Assembly: GCA_038214755.1 (NCBI GenBank)
Contig: JBBQRQ010000037.1
Span: forward strand, 1 to 44,989
Direction: 5' to 3'
Origin: Verrucomicrobiota bacterium
Lineage (GTDB): Bacteria; Verrucomicrobiota; Verrucomicrobiia; Limisphaerales; CANJXF01
Length of the DNA stretch: 44,989 bases
Positions 18,042 to 27,778 of the stretch are shown here, in pieces. The notes beneath the pieces were generated by a model, which saw only the letters and a program-made list of their open reading frames with translations, searched no databases and was not told where the DNA came from. A program made the translations under genes and the position numbers. Numbering within the stretch: the stretch's first letter is position 1; every line of letters starts with the position of its first letter.

Positions 18042-19196
18042 ATGCCTACACTCGCCACTACGGTTGACGGTCTCAAACTTCCGAATCCATTCATCATCGG
18101 TTCCGGGCCGCCGGGAACAAATCTTAACGTCATCGGCCGAGCATTCAAAGAAGGTTGGGGCGCGGTCATCGCGAAAACGGTCAGTCTCGATTCATCGAAA
18201 GTCGTCAACGTCACGCCGCGTTACGCCAAGCTTATGGCGAGCGATGGTGAGGAAGTTATCGGCTGGGAAAATATTGAACTCATCAGCGACCGGCCTTTCA
18301 AGATTTGGATCGACGAATTTAAAAAATGCAAAGACATGTTTCCCAACGGCGTGCTCATCGCGTCGATCATGGAGGAATACAACAAGGACGCGTGGATTGA
18401 AATTGTGCAACGTTCGCAGGACGCCGGGGTCGATGCGTTTGAACTAAATTTTTCCTGCCCGCACGGTTTGCCCGAACGCAAGATGGGCGCGGCGATGGGC
18501 GAATGTCCTGAGGTTCTCGAGGAAGTTTGCGGCTGGGTAAAAAGCGCGGCCAAGAAACCATTCTGGGCGAAGATGACCCCGAACGTCACGCACATCGAAG
18601 ACCCAAGTCGCGCGGCGTTACGCGGCGGCGCGACGGGACTCAGCGCGATCAACACCATTCGCAGTGTCTGCGGCGTGAATCTCGATACGCTGCGTCCCGA
18701 GCCGTCGGTCGAAGGCTACACCACACCCGGCGGTTATTCCTGCAAAGCGGTGAAGCCGATTGCGCTCCGCATGGTGATGGAAATTGCGACGATGATTCGT
18801 AAAGAATTTTCCGGACGCTCGCTCTCCGGTCTTGGCGGAATCGAATCCGGCAACGACGCTGCGCAATTTATTTTGCTCGGCTCGGACACCGTTCAAGTTT
18901 GCACCGGCGTGATGAAATTCGGCTACGAATGCGTGAAGCCGATGTGCGACGAACTCCTCGCCTTCATGGAAAAACATCATTTCGAAACGCTCGCCGATTT
19001 CAAAGGCAAGAGCCTCGATTATTTCACAACGCACGCAGACTTGGTGAAACGCCAGAGCGAACGCAAAGCCGCGCAAAAAGCCGCCGCTGCCGCCCCGCAA
19101 AAGAAAATGGTTCAGGCCGACGGCGAATGGAGCGGGGATGAATTCGTGAAACAGTCCGAAGCCTTGTCCACCGGTAATTCGGGGGCGCGAAAATGA
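18042..19196 (+). CDS. preA: Dihydropyrimidine dehydrogenase FMN subunit (PreA; plant PYD1-like, no Fe-S tail)
   Basis: NPFIIGSGPP, NVTPRY, NIELISDR, NFSCPHG, KMTPN, INT, VQVCT motifs. Confidence 0.92.
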   Translation: MPTLATTVDGLKLPNPFIIGSGPPGTNLNVIGRAFKEGWGAVIAKTVSLDSSKVVNVTPRYAKLMASDGEEVIGWENIELISDRPFKIWIDEFKKCKDMFPNGVLIASIMEEYNKDAWIEIVQRSQDAGVDAFELNFSCPHGLPERKMGAAMGECPEVLEEVCGWVKSAAKKPFWAKMTPNVTHIEDPSRAALRGGATGLSAINTIRSVCGVNLDTLRPEPSVEGYTTPGGYSCKAVKPIALRMVMEIATMIRKEFSGRSLSGLGGIESGNDAAQFILLGSDTVQVCTGVMKFGYECVKPMCDELLAFMEKHHFETLADFKGKSLDYFTTHADLVKRQSERKAAQKAAAAAPQKKMVQADGEWSGDEFVKQSEALSTGNSGARK

Positions 19197-19248
19197 CGCA
19201 GGACGAGAACTCGACGAAGGTGAGAAAAGCGGATAACTTTCCGACGTG

Positions 19249-19812
19249 ATGCCCGCAATTCTTGAAATCCCAGAAGTCCGCCAGCGTGTTTCACCGCTGA
19301 CCGTGGAAGAATATCACCGCCTCGGCGAGTTCTATGAGAATGGCCGCCGGACGGAATTGATTCGCGGCATTGTTATCGAGAAAATGTCTAAATCACCTTT
19401 GCACGCTTCTTTGGGCAAACGCCTCTACGACCTCATTGCGGCGCAACTGCCCGCAGGCTTCACGGTCCGACGCGAAGATCCCATCACGCTTCCCGATTCG
19501 GAACCGGAGCCGGATGTCTCGGTTGTGCGTGGAAACGACTCGGACTTTTACAAAGCTCATCCTCGTACTGCCGAACTCGTCATTGAAGTCGCCATTTCCA
19601 GCGCCGCGCTTGATCGCGAGAACGCCTTTCTCTACGCCGAAGCCGGGGTGAAGGAATACTGGATCGTGCTAGGCTCCGAGCGGAAAATTGAATTGTACAC
19701 CCGCCCGGAAAATGGCATCTACCGCGAGAAAAAAACCGTGAGCATCAACGAGACGATCCAATGCGTGAGCGTGCCGGGCGTGCGAATTCGCGTCGCGGAT
19801 ATTTTTCCCTGA
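19249..19812 (+). CDS. Uma2 family endonuclease
   Basis: TVEEYHRL, ELIRG, SEPEPDVSVV, LVIEVA.SS, YAEAGVKEYWIV. Confidence 0.92.
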   Translation: MPAILEIPEVRQRVSPLTVEEYHRLGEFYENGRRTELIRGIVIEKMSKSPLHASLGKRLYDLIAAQLPAGFTVRREDPITLPDSEPEPDVSVVRGNDSDFYKAHPRTAELVIEVAISSAALDRENAFLYAEAGVKEYWIVLGSERKIELYTRPENGIYREKKTVSINETIQCVSVPGVRIRVADIFP

Positions 19813-19912
19813 GCCGGACGGCCGCAAATTATCAGTAATTGTTTTTCCAGCGCCGCGCGAATGTAGCTCGAATCATCCGCTGAGGGATTCGACCAGACCA
19901 AAAGCAAATCAA

Positions 19913-21403
19913 ATGAACCTGACACTCGAACCTTGTCCCAATTTTATCGCCGGCGAATGGCTTCAGCCAAAAGTTCCCGGCACGCCGGTTTTCAATCCGT
20001 CAACCGGGGAAACGATTTCTGAGTGTCCCATCGGCACGGCTACTGACGTAAACGCCGCAGTCGAAGCTGCACACGGAGCGTTTCCCGCGTGGATGGAAAC
20101 TCCGCCCGTCGAGCGCGCGAGAATTCTCGGTCGCTTCAAAATGTTGATGGAGGATAATTTTGAAGATGTCGTGCGAAGTAACACTCGCGAACATGGCAAG
20201 ACGCTCGTTGAATCGCGCGGCGACGTTAAGCGCGGAATGGAAGTCATCGAATTCTCGCTCGGCGTGCCGTCGCTGCTCATGGGCGACGTGTTGGAAAATA
20301 TCGCGCGCGGGATTGATTGCGAAGCCATTCGTCAACCACTCGGCGTGTGCGTCGGCATTACGCCATTTAATTTTCCCGCGATGGTTCCGCTCTGGATGTA
20401 TCCCATCGCCATCGCGTGCGGAAATACTTTTGTCCTGAAGCCGAGCGAAAAAGTTCCGCTCACTGCGATCAAGATTGCGAAGTTGCTGGAAAAAGCTGAG
20501 CTGCCGAAAGGCGTGTTGAACATCGTCCATGGCGGGCGCGAAGTCGTGGATGCGCTGCTTACACATCCGAAAGTGAAAGCGATTTCCTTCGTCGGCTCGA
20601 CACCGATTGCGAAATACATTTACGAAACCGGCACGAAACACGGCAAGCGCGTGCAATCCAATGGCGGCGCAAAAAATTATGTGCTGCTCATGCCCGACGC
20701 TGACGTGGACAACTCTGTGCGCGGGGTCATCGAAGCTGCGTTCGGTTGCGCGGGCGAACGTTGCATGGCCGGCTCGACGGCAGTCGTCGTTGGCGGCGCG
20801 GAAAAAACAGTTTTGCCCACGCTCGTCGAAGCCACGAAGCGCATCAAAGTCGGCCCAACCGATCGCGAAGCGCAGCCCGACATGGGGCCTGTCATCACGC
20901 GCCAGCATCGTGATCACGTCGAAAAATTGATCGCTGCCGGGTTGAAGGAAGGTGCAAAAATTCCAGCCGACGGTCGCGGCGTAAAAGTCAACGATGCGCC
21001 CAATGGTTTTTTCCTGGGCGCAACAATTCTCGATCAAGTGCAAAACGGCATGACCGTTGCGAAGGAAGAAATTTTCGGCCCCGTCCTGAACGTGATGCAC
21101 ATGGAAGACTTGGATTCCGCCATCGAATTAGCGAATCGCTCGGCTTACGGAAACGGCGCGTCAATCTTCACGCGCTCCGGCAAAGCCGCCCGCGAATTCA
21201 AACATCGAATCCAATGCGGCATGGTCGGCATCAACATCGGTGTGCCTGCTTCGATGGCGTGGTTTCCCTTCAACGGTTGGAACGATTCATTTTTCGGCGA
21301 TCTCCACATGCAAGGCAAAGAAGGCGTGCAATTTTTCACGCAACAAAAAGTCACGACGAGCCGGTGGTTCAGCTATGGCGAGGGTGATATTTGGCATCGC
21401 TAA
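19913..21403 (+). CDS. mmsA: CoA-acylating (methyl)malonate-semialdehyde dehydrogenase
   Basis: ITPFNFPAMVPLW, KPSEKVP, SFVGST, GGAKN, FGCAGERCMA, EEIFGPV. Confidence 0.93.
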   Translation: MNLTLEPCPNFIAGEWLQPKVPGTPVFNPSTGETISECPIGTATDVNAAVEAAHGAFPAWMETPPVERARILGRFKMLMEDNFEDVVRSNTREHGKTLVESRGDVKRGMEVIEFSLGVPSLLMGDVLENIARGIDCEAIRQPLGVCVGITPFNFPAMVPLWMYPIAIACGNTFVLKPSEKVPLTAIKIAKLLEKAELPKGVLNIVHGGREVVDALLTHPKVKAISFVGSTPIAKYIYETGTKHGKRVQSNGGAKNYVLLMPDADVDNSVRGVIEAAFGCAGERCMAGSTAVVVGGAEKTVLPTLVEATKRIKVGPTDREAQPDMGPVITRQHRDHVEKLIAAGLKEGAKIPADGRGVKVNDAPNGFFLGATILDQVQNGMTVAKEEIFGPVLNVMHMEDLDSAIELANRSAYGNGASIFTRSGKAAREFKHRIQCGMVGINIGVPASMAWFPFNGWNDSFFGDLHMQGKEGVQFFTQQKVTTSRWFSYGEGDIWHR

Positions 21404-21405
21404 GA

Positions 21406-21520
21406 TAGGAGCGCGGACAGCCTTGTCCGCGAGGGATAAGAAAAATAGTCAGAGCGAGGGGCAAGTTAGGAACTGCGCTCCTATATTTTCGACTCGCGGA
21501 CAAGGCTGTCCGCGCTCCTA
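21406..21520. repeat. REPIN downstream of the RAYT gene
   Basis: TAGGAGCGCGGACAGCCTTGTCCGCGAG / CTCGCGGACAAGGCTGTCCGCGCTCCTA perfect arms. Confidence 0.93.
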
Positions 21521-22183
21521 TGCGTTGGGCGATTTCAGCCGATGGTATTCATCGCGAAAACGCGCGCTGCTGAACGGCCACTGCTCCGGCAGTTTCACCA
21601 AGCCAGCTTTAACCGGATTCGATTCAATGTAGTGAATCACTTTGCGATAATGTTCCTCGTCGCGAATGTAGCGGTCCCAATAATCGTCCTGCCAAAGTTT
21701 GCCGCACCGATCAAGAAGGCGGTTGATGCGTCGCGCCGTGAATCCCTTCCAATTTTTTAGCAACTCGCTCAAGGGCGTTTGCCATATTTCAACAAGGAGA
21801 TGAACATGATTGGGCATCACAACCCACGCCAGGAGACGATATTTCTGGTCATCGAAGTGAAGCCAATTCTTCTCCACCGCAGCAGCCGCGCATGAATCGC
21901 GCAATTCACATTGGCCGAGACCGTTATCAAGATATTCTTCGATTTTAATCCGACTCTTCAATTCATCTTTAATTTCAAAAAGCGCGGCCCATTCGTGGCG
22001 ACGGCTGGCGGGCATGGCATCGTCAAGGCGGTAGTTGATCATCTGCCGCACGCCCGGCATATCGAAATGTGGAAGATAGCCGCGTGAATGCCATCCTCGG
22101 AAACGGGGCTGGGTTGCATGAGCATCGGACGGACTGTGCCATTGCCGCTTTTCACGAATAGTTTCGCGGACATTGCGTTTCAT
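21518..22183 (-). CDS. REP-associated tyrosine transposase (RAYT, Y1 HUH)
   Basis: RGYLPH, WVVMPNHVHLL (HUH), WKGFTA, LWQDDYWDRYIRD, YIESNPVKAGL, W.FSS; flanked by REP pairs; start ATG 22183. Confidence 0.93.
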   Translation of the reverse strand: MKRNVRETIREKRQWHSPSDAHATQPRFRGWHSRGYLPHFDMPGVRQMINYRLDDAMPASRRHEWAALFEIKDELKSRIKIEEYLDNGLGQCELRDSCAAAAVEKNWLHFDDQKYRLLAWVVMPNHVHLLVEIWQTPLSELLKNWKGFTARRINRLLDRCGKLWQDDYWDRYIRDEEHYRKVIHYIESNPVKAGLVKLPEQWPFSSARFRDEYHRLKSPNA

Positions 22184-22191
22184 ACAAAAAG

Positions 22192-22307
22192 AAGGAGCGC
22201 GGACAGCCATGTCCGCGAGGAGATGAGAACAACGGTCAAAGCTCTTGGCAACTTGCGAACTGCGCCTTAATACTTGCACTCGCGGACATGGCTGTCCGCG
22301 CTCCTAC
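22192..22307. repeat. REPIN upstream of the RAYT gene
   Basis: AGGAGCGCGGACAGCCATGTCCGCGAG / CTCGCGGACATGGCTGTCCGCGCTCCTAC. Confidence 0.93.
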
Positions 22308-22383
22308 ATTTTGAAATCCACTCTATTCGCGCTCCTGCATTTTCTCTTTGAACTCCACTTCTTTCCCCGACAACATCCGCCGC

Positions 22384-22425
22384 TCTGGATTCTGGATTCC
22401 GAATTCTGACTCCTGAATTCTGTCT
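22384..22425 (+). repeat. Degenerate heptamer tandem repeat (TCTGRAT-like x6)
   Basis: TCTGGAT TCTGGAT TCCGAAT TCTGACT CCTGAAT TCTGTCT just upstream of aspS. Confidence 0.7.
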
Positions 22426-22442
22426 CCCGATTTTTTTACGAA

Positions 22443-24242
22443 ATGAAACGCACACATCACTGCAACGAACTGCGCCCGTCGCACATTGGGCAAACCGTCA
22501 CGCTGTCCGGCTGGGTTCACTCGCGCCGCGATCTCGGTGGATTAATTTTCATCGATATCCGCGACCGTGAAGGCCGGACGCAAACGGTTTTTGATCCGTC
22601 CGATTTGGCGAAAGAACTTTTCGATTCCGCTGCCGGTCTGCGGAGCGAGTGCGTGGTGAGTGTCACTGGAAAAGTTCGCCATCGCCCCGCTGGAACAAAC
22701 AATGCAAAAATTCCTACCGGCGAAATCGAAGTCGCCGTGACATCGCTGGAAATTTTGAACATGGCCGACGTGTTGCCTTTTCCCGTGGACGATCCGGAAG
22801 TCGCCTCGAAGGTCAACGAGGAGTTGCGCCTGAAATATCGTTACCTCGATTTGCGCCGACCGGAGATGGCGCGCAATCTTCGATTACGCAGCAAAGTAGC
22901 GACCGCGACCCGGGTGTTTCTGGATGGCCAAGGTTTTCTCGAAGTTGAAACGCCAACGCTTTTTAAATCCACTCCCGAAGGCGCGCGCGAATTTCTCGTG
23001 CCCAGCCGCGTTCATCCCGGCCAATTCTACGCGCTGCCGCAATCGCCCCAGCAGTTCAAACAAATCCTGATGGTCGCGGGCGTGGAAAAATATTTTCAAC
23101 TTGCCCGCTGCTATCGCGACGAGGATTTGCGCGCCGATCGCCAGCCGGAATTTACCCAAATCGATATCGAGATGTCATTTATCGAACGCCAAGATATTTA
23201 CAAACTGGTGGAAGGAATGTTGCAGCGCGTTTGGAAAACGGCGCTGAACATCGACATTCCAACTCCGTTCAAACGCATTTCATTTGAGGAAGCGTTGAAC
23301 CGTTTTGGCATCGATAAGCCGGACACGCGATTTGGAATGGAACTCGTCGATTTCACCGAGGAATTTCGCGCGAGCACGTTCAAAGTTTTTTCTGGCGCCA
23401 TTGCCAGCGGGGGCGTGGTCAAGGCGATGAACGCCAAAGATCTCGCCGACGCCACGCAAGGACAAATCGAAACAATGACCGATTACGCCAAAAGTTTTGG
23501 TGCGAAAGGTTTGGCTTACATCAAAGTGGAAAAGGGCGAATGGAAATCGCCCATCGTGAAATTTTTTAGCGACGCCGAAAAAACTGCGCTCACAGAAAAA
23601 TTAAAAATCCAAGAAGGCGATTTGATTTTGTTCGCGGCCGATCAATGGCTGAACGCCTGCGAAATTCTCGGCAAGATTCGTCTCTATTGCGCGGATGTTT
23701 TGAAAACGCAAGGGAAACTGAGCATCGAAGTAAATCGTTTCGATTTTCTTTGGGTGATCGAATTTCCATTGCTCGGTTTTGATCGGGAACAGAACCGCTG
23801 GTATTCAAGTCATCATCCATTCACTGCGCCGGTGACGGAAGACACGCCACTTTTGAAAACGGAACCGAAAAAAGTTCGCGGCCAGCATTACGACATTGTG
23901 GTCAATGGCGTCGAACTCGGCGGTGGTTCAATTCGCATTCATCAACCCGATGTGCAAAAAACTATTTTTGAAGAGATTCTGCAAATCCCGCCCGAGGTGG
24001 TGAAAGCCCGCTTCGGTTACCTGCTCGAAGCCTTCCGTTACGGCGCGCCGCCGCACGGTGGCATCGCACTCGGCTTTGATCGTTTGATCGCCATTCTCTG
24101 CGGCACGCAAAGTATTCGCGATGTCATCGCCTTTCCAAAAACTGCCAAAGGGACCGACTTGATGACCGATTCTCCGGCGCACGTGGAGGCCAAACAACTT
24201 CGCGACTTGCATCTCGAATTGAAAGTCGCGCGGAAGGAATAA
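22443..24242 (+). CDS. aspS: Aspartate--tRNA ligase
   Basis: RTHHC, RYLDLRR, STPEGAREFLVPSR, ALPQSPQ, YRDEDLRADRQPEFTQ, GAPPHGGIALG. Confidence 0.98.
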   Translation: MKRTHHCNELRPSHIGQTVTLSGWVHSRRDLGGLIFIDIRDREGRTQTVFDPSDLAKELFDSAAGLRSECVVSVTGKVRHRPAGTNNAKIPTGEIEVAVTSLEILNMADVLPFPVDDPEVASKVNEELRLKYRYLDLRRPEMARNLRLRSKVATATRVFLDGQGFLEVETPTLFKSTPEGAREFLVPSRVHPGQFYALPQSPQQFKQILMVAGVEKYFQLARCYRDEDLRADRQPEFTQIDIEMSFIERQDIYKLVEGMLQRVWKTALNIDIPTPFKRISFEEALNRFGIDKPDTRFGMELVDFTEEFRASTFKVFSGAIASGGVVKAMNAKDLADATQGQIETMTDYAKSFGAKGLAYIKVEKGEWKSPIVKFFSDAEKTALTEKLKIQEGDLILFAADQWLNACEILGKIRLYCADVLKTQGKLSIEVNRFDFLWVIEFPLLGFDREQNRWYSSHHPFTAPVTEDTPLLKTEPKKVRGQHYDIVVNGVELGGGSIRIHQPDVQKTIFEEILQIPPEVVKARFGYLLEAFRYGAPPHGGIALGFDRLIAILCGTQSIRDVIAFPKTAKGTDLMTDSPAHVEAKQLRDLHLELKVARKE

Positions 24243-24321
24243 ACATTTGGCAGTGTCTTCCGAGAGAGCGGGGCAATCTCGCAAGCGTGCCCGGAAAGTC
24301 GAAACTTCGAAAAAAAGTTTC

Positions 24322-26658
24322 TCACTCCACTTTCGACAGGTCGTGATCTTCCTTTGCCACAAGAGAAATGTAATCGCGCAAAATCCGTTCGGCTTCTTCA
24401 AGCGTGGCGTCCAGCGGCGGAACGTTTTGCTCGAGGGCTTCGAGAGCTTCTTCATCGCTGTCGAGAGTCGCCGTCTTTGCCAAAGCTAAATCATTTGTCT
24501 TTGGAACGAACGGCTGCAATCCCGGTTGATCCACATTCTTCAATGTGACTTCGAATATTTTTTGCTCCGAAGGTTTGCGGCTTTTTATCTCTTTCTTTCT
24601 AGCTTCGGCGCGTGAAACGTTTTCCTTCTGCTCCAAGCGGCGCCCTTCTTCGTTCAACGAAATGCTTTTGTCCTTCAAACGCTCCTTGAATTTTTCAATG
24701 TCTTCGCGGACGTAGGAAAAATCTTTGTCCTTTTCAAGACGCTGGTCCGAACGCTTTTGCAACTCGGCCACATACGGCTTCACCAGATTCCACTTTTGAA
24801 ATCTGGCCGAGGTCACCTCATCCCATGGCAATGGATTTTCCAGGGACGCCTCTCCCACTTCCGCGAAATCGAGTTCGGTTGGTAATTTTAAATCCGGGAT
24901 CACGCCGCGAAGTTGCGTCGAAGAACCACCGGCACGATAAAATTTTGCGTTCGTCGGCTTGAGCGCCCCGGGATTGTAGGTGTGCGGCAAATGGTTTTGT
25001 TCAAAGTAGGGATTTAGCTCGATCAATTTTTGCACCGTGCCTTTGCCGAAAGTCGAACTGTCCCCGACGATCAACGCCCGCCCATAATCCTGCAAAGCGC
25101 CCGCCAAAATTTCCGAAGCCGATGCGCTGAAGTGACTCGTCAAGACGATCAAAGGCCCTTTGTAAGCGATGGAAGAATCGGTGTCGGACATGGTTTGAGT
25201 TTCGCCCGAAGCATCTTTGACCTGGACGACCGGGCCGTTCGTAATAAACAAGCCGGTCAAATTGACCGCTTCGACGAGGAGGCCGCCGCCGTTGCGCCGT
25301 AAGTCGAGGATGATGCCGTCCACATTTTCCTTATTTAATTTTTTCAGCAGCTTCGCAATGTCCGCCGTCGTGCTCTTTCCACCGGTCGTTTTCTCCGGGT
25401 CCGGGTCCATGTAAAACGACGGTAGATCGATCACGCCGAGACGGATGTTTTCTTTTTGACCAGGAAATTCGATGACCTTGGTTTTTGCCTCCTGGTCTTC
25501 AAGCTTAATAACGTCCCGAATCAATGTGACAATTTTTCGAGTGGAGGAATCAGGTGCGTCACCCGGCCACACCGTGAGCCGCACTTCGCTTCCTTTCGTG
25601 CCGCGAATCAATTCCACGACCCGGTTGAGCTTCATGTCCACGACGTTGACCGGCTCCTTGTCGCCTTGCGCCACGGCCACGATTCGATCACCGGGTTTTA
25701 TTTTTTTGCTCAACATCGCCGGCCCTGCCATCAGTTCTTTGATTTTGCAATAGCCATCTTCGGATTCCAGCAGCGCGCCGATTCCAATCAGCGAGAGAGT
25801 CATCGAGATGTTAAAATTTTTGTAATGCGAACTGCCCATGTAATCGGAATGCGGATCGTAAACGCGCGCCAGAGAATTGAGAAACAATTCCAGCACGTCG
25901 TCATCGCCCAGTTCCTTCAACGTGCGATTGAGATTGGAGTAACGTTTGGAAAGTTTTTTTACGATCTCCTCGGTTTGGGTGAGGGTGTTTGTCGTTTTGT
26001 TGGTGCTGGTGGAATCCGTTTTCACCTCGATTGGTTTGCTGTTGTTGTTCAAGGCCGTAAATTTTGATGGCCCCTTTTTTAAATTGGCCGCGTGCAATTT
26101 GTTGGTGTCGGGCGCCGAAAGTTTTTCCTGAAGAAATTCCGCCCGCAGATTTTGCCGCCAAAGTTGATGCGCTTCCTCCAAATCTTTCGGGCGCGGCAGA
26201 TGGCGCCGATCGAGCGTGTAACGATCCTCACCGTTAAAGGTAAATTTTTCGGTGGTGAGCAATTCATTGACAAAAGCGATGCGTTCCTGCGCCCGCTGAA
26301 ACATTCTCGCGAAAATCAAATGGGCTGGCCGCGTGTCTCCTTTCGCGGTGAGGTCGTCGAGCTTCGTGCGATATTCCTCGAATTCCGCCGCGTCGGCTTG
26401 CAGAAAATAGGAATGCTGCGGATCAAGCGTGTCGAGATAACGATCCAACAGCTTGGCGGAAATATCGTCGTCGAACGGATGTTGGGAGTAATGAATTTTT
26501 TCCAGCAAAGTTGCCGTGACTCGCGCGATATTTTTTTCGGTGCGCGGGTCTGAGGTGTTGTCGGCGGAAAGTTTGGCCGGCTCAACGGCGGCGAGCGCCA
26601 ACCCCAGTTTGAAGAAAATCAGATAGAACAAAATTTTCACGTGAGGAAACTCTGCCAT
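24322..26658 (-). CDS. prc: Carboxy-terminal processing (tail-specific) protease, S41
   Basis: YDPHSDY, GIGALL, PDZ IRGTKGSEVRL, LDLRRNGGG, SASASEILAG, FGKGTVQ. Confidence 0.93.
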   Translation of the reverse strand: MAEFPHVKILFYLIFFKLGLALAAVEPAKLSADNTSDPRTEKNIARVTATLLEKIHYSQHPFDDDISAKLLDRYLDTLDPQHSYFLQADAAEFEEYRTKLDDLTAKGDTRPAHLIFARMFQRAQERIAFVNELLTTEKFTFNGEDRYTLDRRHLPRPKDLEEAHQLWRQNLRAEFLQEKLSAPDTNKLHAANLKKGPSKFTALNNNSKPIEVKTDSTSTNKTTNTLTQTEEIVKKLSKRYSNLNRTLKELGDDDVLELFLNSLARVYDPHSDYMGSSHYKNFNISMTLSLIGIGALLESEDGYCKIKELMAGPAMLSKKIKPGDRIVAVAQGDKEPVNVVDMKLNRVVELIRGTKGSEVRLTVWPGDAPDSSTRKIVTLIRDVIKLEDQEAKTKVIEFPGQKENIRLGVIDLPSFYMDPDPEKTTGGKSTTADIAKLLKKLNKENVDGIILDLRRNGGGLLVEAVNLTGLFITNGPVVQVKDASGETQTMSDTDSSIAYKGPLIVLTSHFSASASEILAGALQDYGRALIVGDSSTFGKGTVQKLIELNPYFEQNHLPHTYNPGALKPTNAKFYRAGGSSTQLRGVIPDLKLPTELDFAEVGEASLENPLPWDEVTSARFQKWNLVKPYVAELQKRSDQRLEKDKDFSYVREDIEKFKERLKDKSISLNEEGRRLEQKENVSRAEARKKEIKSRKPSEQKIFEVTLKNVDQPGLQPFVPKTNDLALAKTATLDSDEEALEALEQNVPPLDATLEEAERILRDYISLVAKEDHDLSKVE

Positions 26659-26713
26659 TTGTCAAAAAAGTCCAGCACCTGTTTTGTCTCCGCCGTAACG
26701 ATGCGGGGGACTT

Positions 26714-26746
26714 AACGCAAAGACGCGAAGACGCGAAGACGCAAAG
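26714..26746 (+). repeat. Octamer tandem repeat (ACGCRAAG)x4
   Basis: AACGCAAAGACGCGAAGACGCGAAGACGCAAAG. Confidence 0.75.
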
Positions 26747-26753
26747 ATTCGGA

Positions 26754-27085
26754 AGGCGTTATTCTAAGTTGCTTTCAAGATGAGACTAATCTTGGAGACC
26801 CTCACCCCGCGTCGCGTGGGGAGACTGCCAGTTTGGAATTTTTTTGCTGACACTTCCGAGCCGCGCCAGCCCACGCTACGGAGGCGAGGACTGATGCACA
26901 CTTTGCAAAGTGTGCATCAGTGTCCGTCGCTCCTGAGAGAATGAGCCGATGGAGGGTTGATCTACACTTTGCAAAGTATGCATCACGGGCCGCCACGTCC
27001 GAGAAAATGTCCAAACACCAGTCTCCCCACAGAGTGGGCGAGCGGAGCTTTAGTCTCATCTTGAACGCTCATTGGAATGTGATCC
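26754..27085. mobile_element. MITE-like element with long subterminal inverted repeats and a central perfect palindrome
   Basis: TTCAAGATGAGACTAA / TTAGTCTCATCTTGAA; inner GTGGGGAGACTG..GTTTGGA / TCCAAAC..CAGTCTCCCCAC; 32-bp palindrome at 26890-26921; TCGGA on both flanks. Confidence 0.7.
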
Positions 27086-27087
27086 TC

Positions 27088-27190
27088 GGAGCGCCGAACT
27101 CCAGTTCGGCACAAATGAAAAAGGCCAGCTCAAGTGCCGATTCGGAAATCGGCGTTCCTCGGACTGAGACGGCATGGCGCCGCTTTTCCT
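27088..27190. repeat. GGAGCGCCGA REPIN followed by a solo GGACTG..CGGCATGGCGCCGCTTTTCC arm
   Basis: Pair 27088-27158 matches 13975-14047; arm 27159-27190 matches the reverse complement of the 8318-8352 and 31607-31638 arms. Confidence 0.8.
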
Positions 27191-27349
27191 ATACGCCTCG
27201 CCGCGGCGCGGATTCCGACCGAATATTTCCGGTTAAAAACTTTTCCAAATTTCGCTCAGGCTTTCTCGGAAAGAAAAAGTAGGCGGTTTTCCGGCTGGCA
27301 AAGTTTTTTCGCGCTCCTATTCTGAGAACGGAGAATAATATTTCACACC

Positions 27350-27664
27350 ATGAAAACAAAACTCAACCGAAGGAGATCTATGAGAAATGACCCAGCAGAT
27401 ATTATCCAGGACAAGGCTGATGACATCAAACAAGCCGCCCAGGAATGGAAAGAAAAAGCCCGCCTCGCCGGCACCGCCGCGTGGGATGCCACCAAAGCAA
27501 CCATGCAACAACTCCAAGATAAAACCCGCGAATATTCCAGAGCGACCGACCGCGTCATTCGGCAGAAACCTTATGCCGCGATTGGAATTGCTTTCGGGGT
27601 CGGCCTCGTCGTTGGCCTGCTCGTCTGTCGTGGAAATTCATCGGAAGAAGAAGAGGAGGATTGA
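27350..27664 (+). CDS. DUF883/ElaB/YqjD family protein
   Basis: Helical N-terminus, IRQKPYAAIGIAFGVGLVVGLL; start may be ATG 27380. Confidence 0.88.
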   Translation: MKTKLNRRRSMRNDPADIIQDKADDIKQAAQEWKEKARLAGTAAWDATKATMQQLQDKTREYSRATDRVIRQKPYAAIGIAFGVGLVVGLLVCRGNSSEEEEED

Positions 27665-27778
27665 TTTTTCCAGCCGAAGAAATGTTCCAGTATATTTGAT
27701 GAGCGAAGAAACAGGTTTGTCACCGATAACGGAAAACAGAAATCAACCTTAACCTCCGAAAAGAAAGGAAATAAAAAT

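Noticed and set aside
27296..27312. TGGCA...GC upstream of the ElaB-like cluster as a sigma54 promoter
   Set aside because: GG-to-GC spacing is 12 nt rather than the required 10
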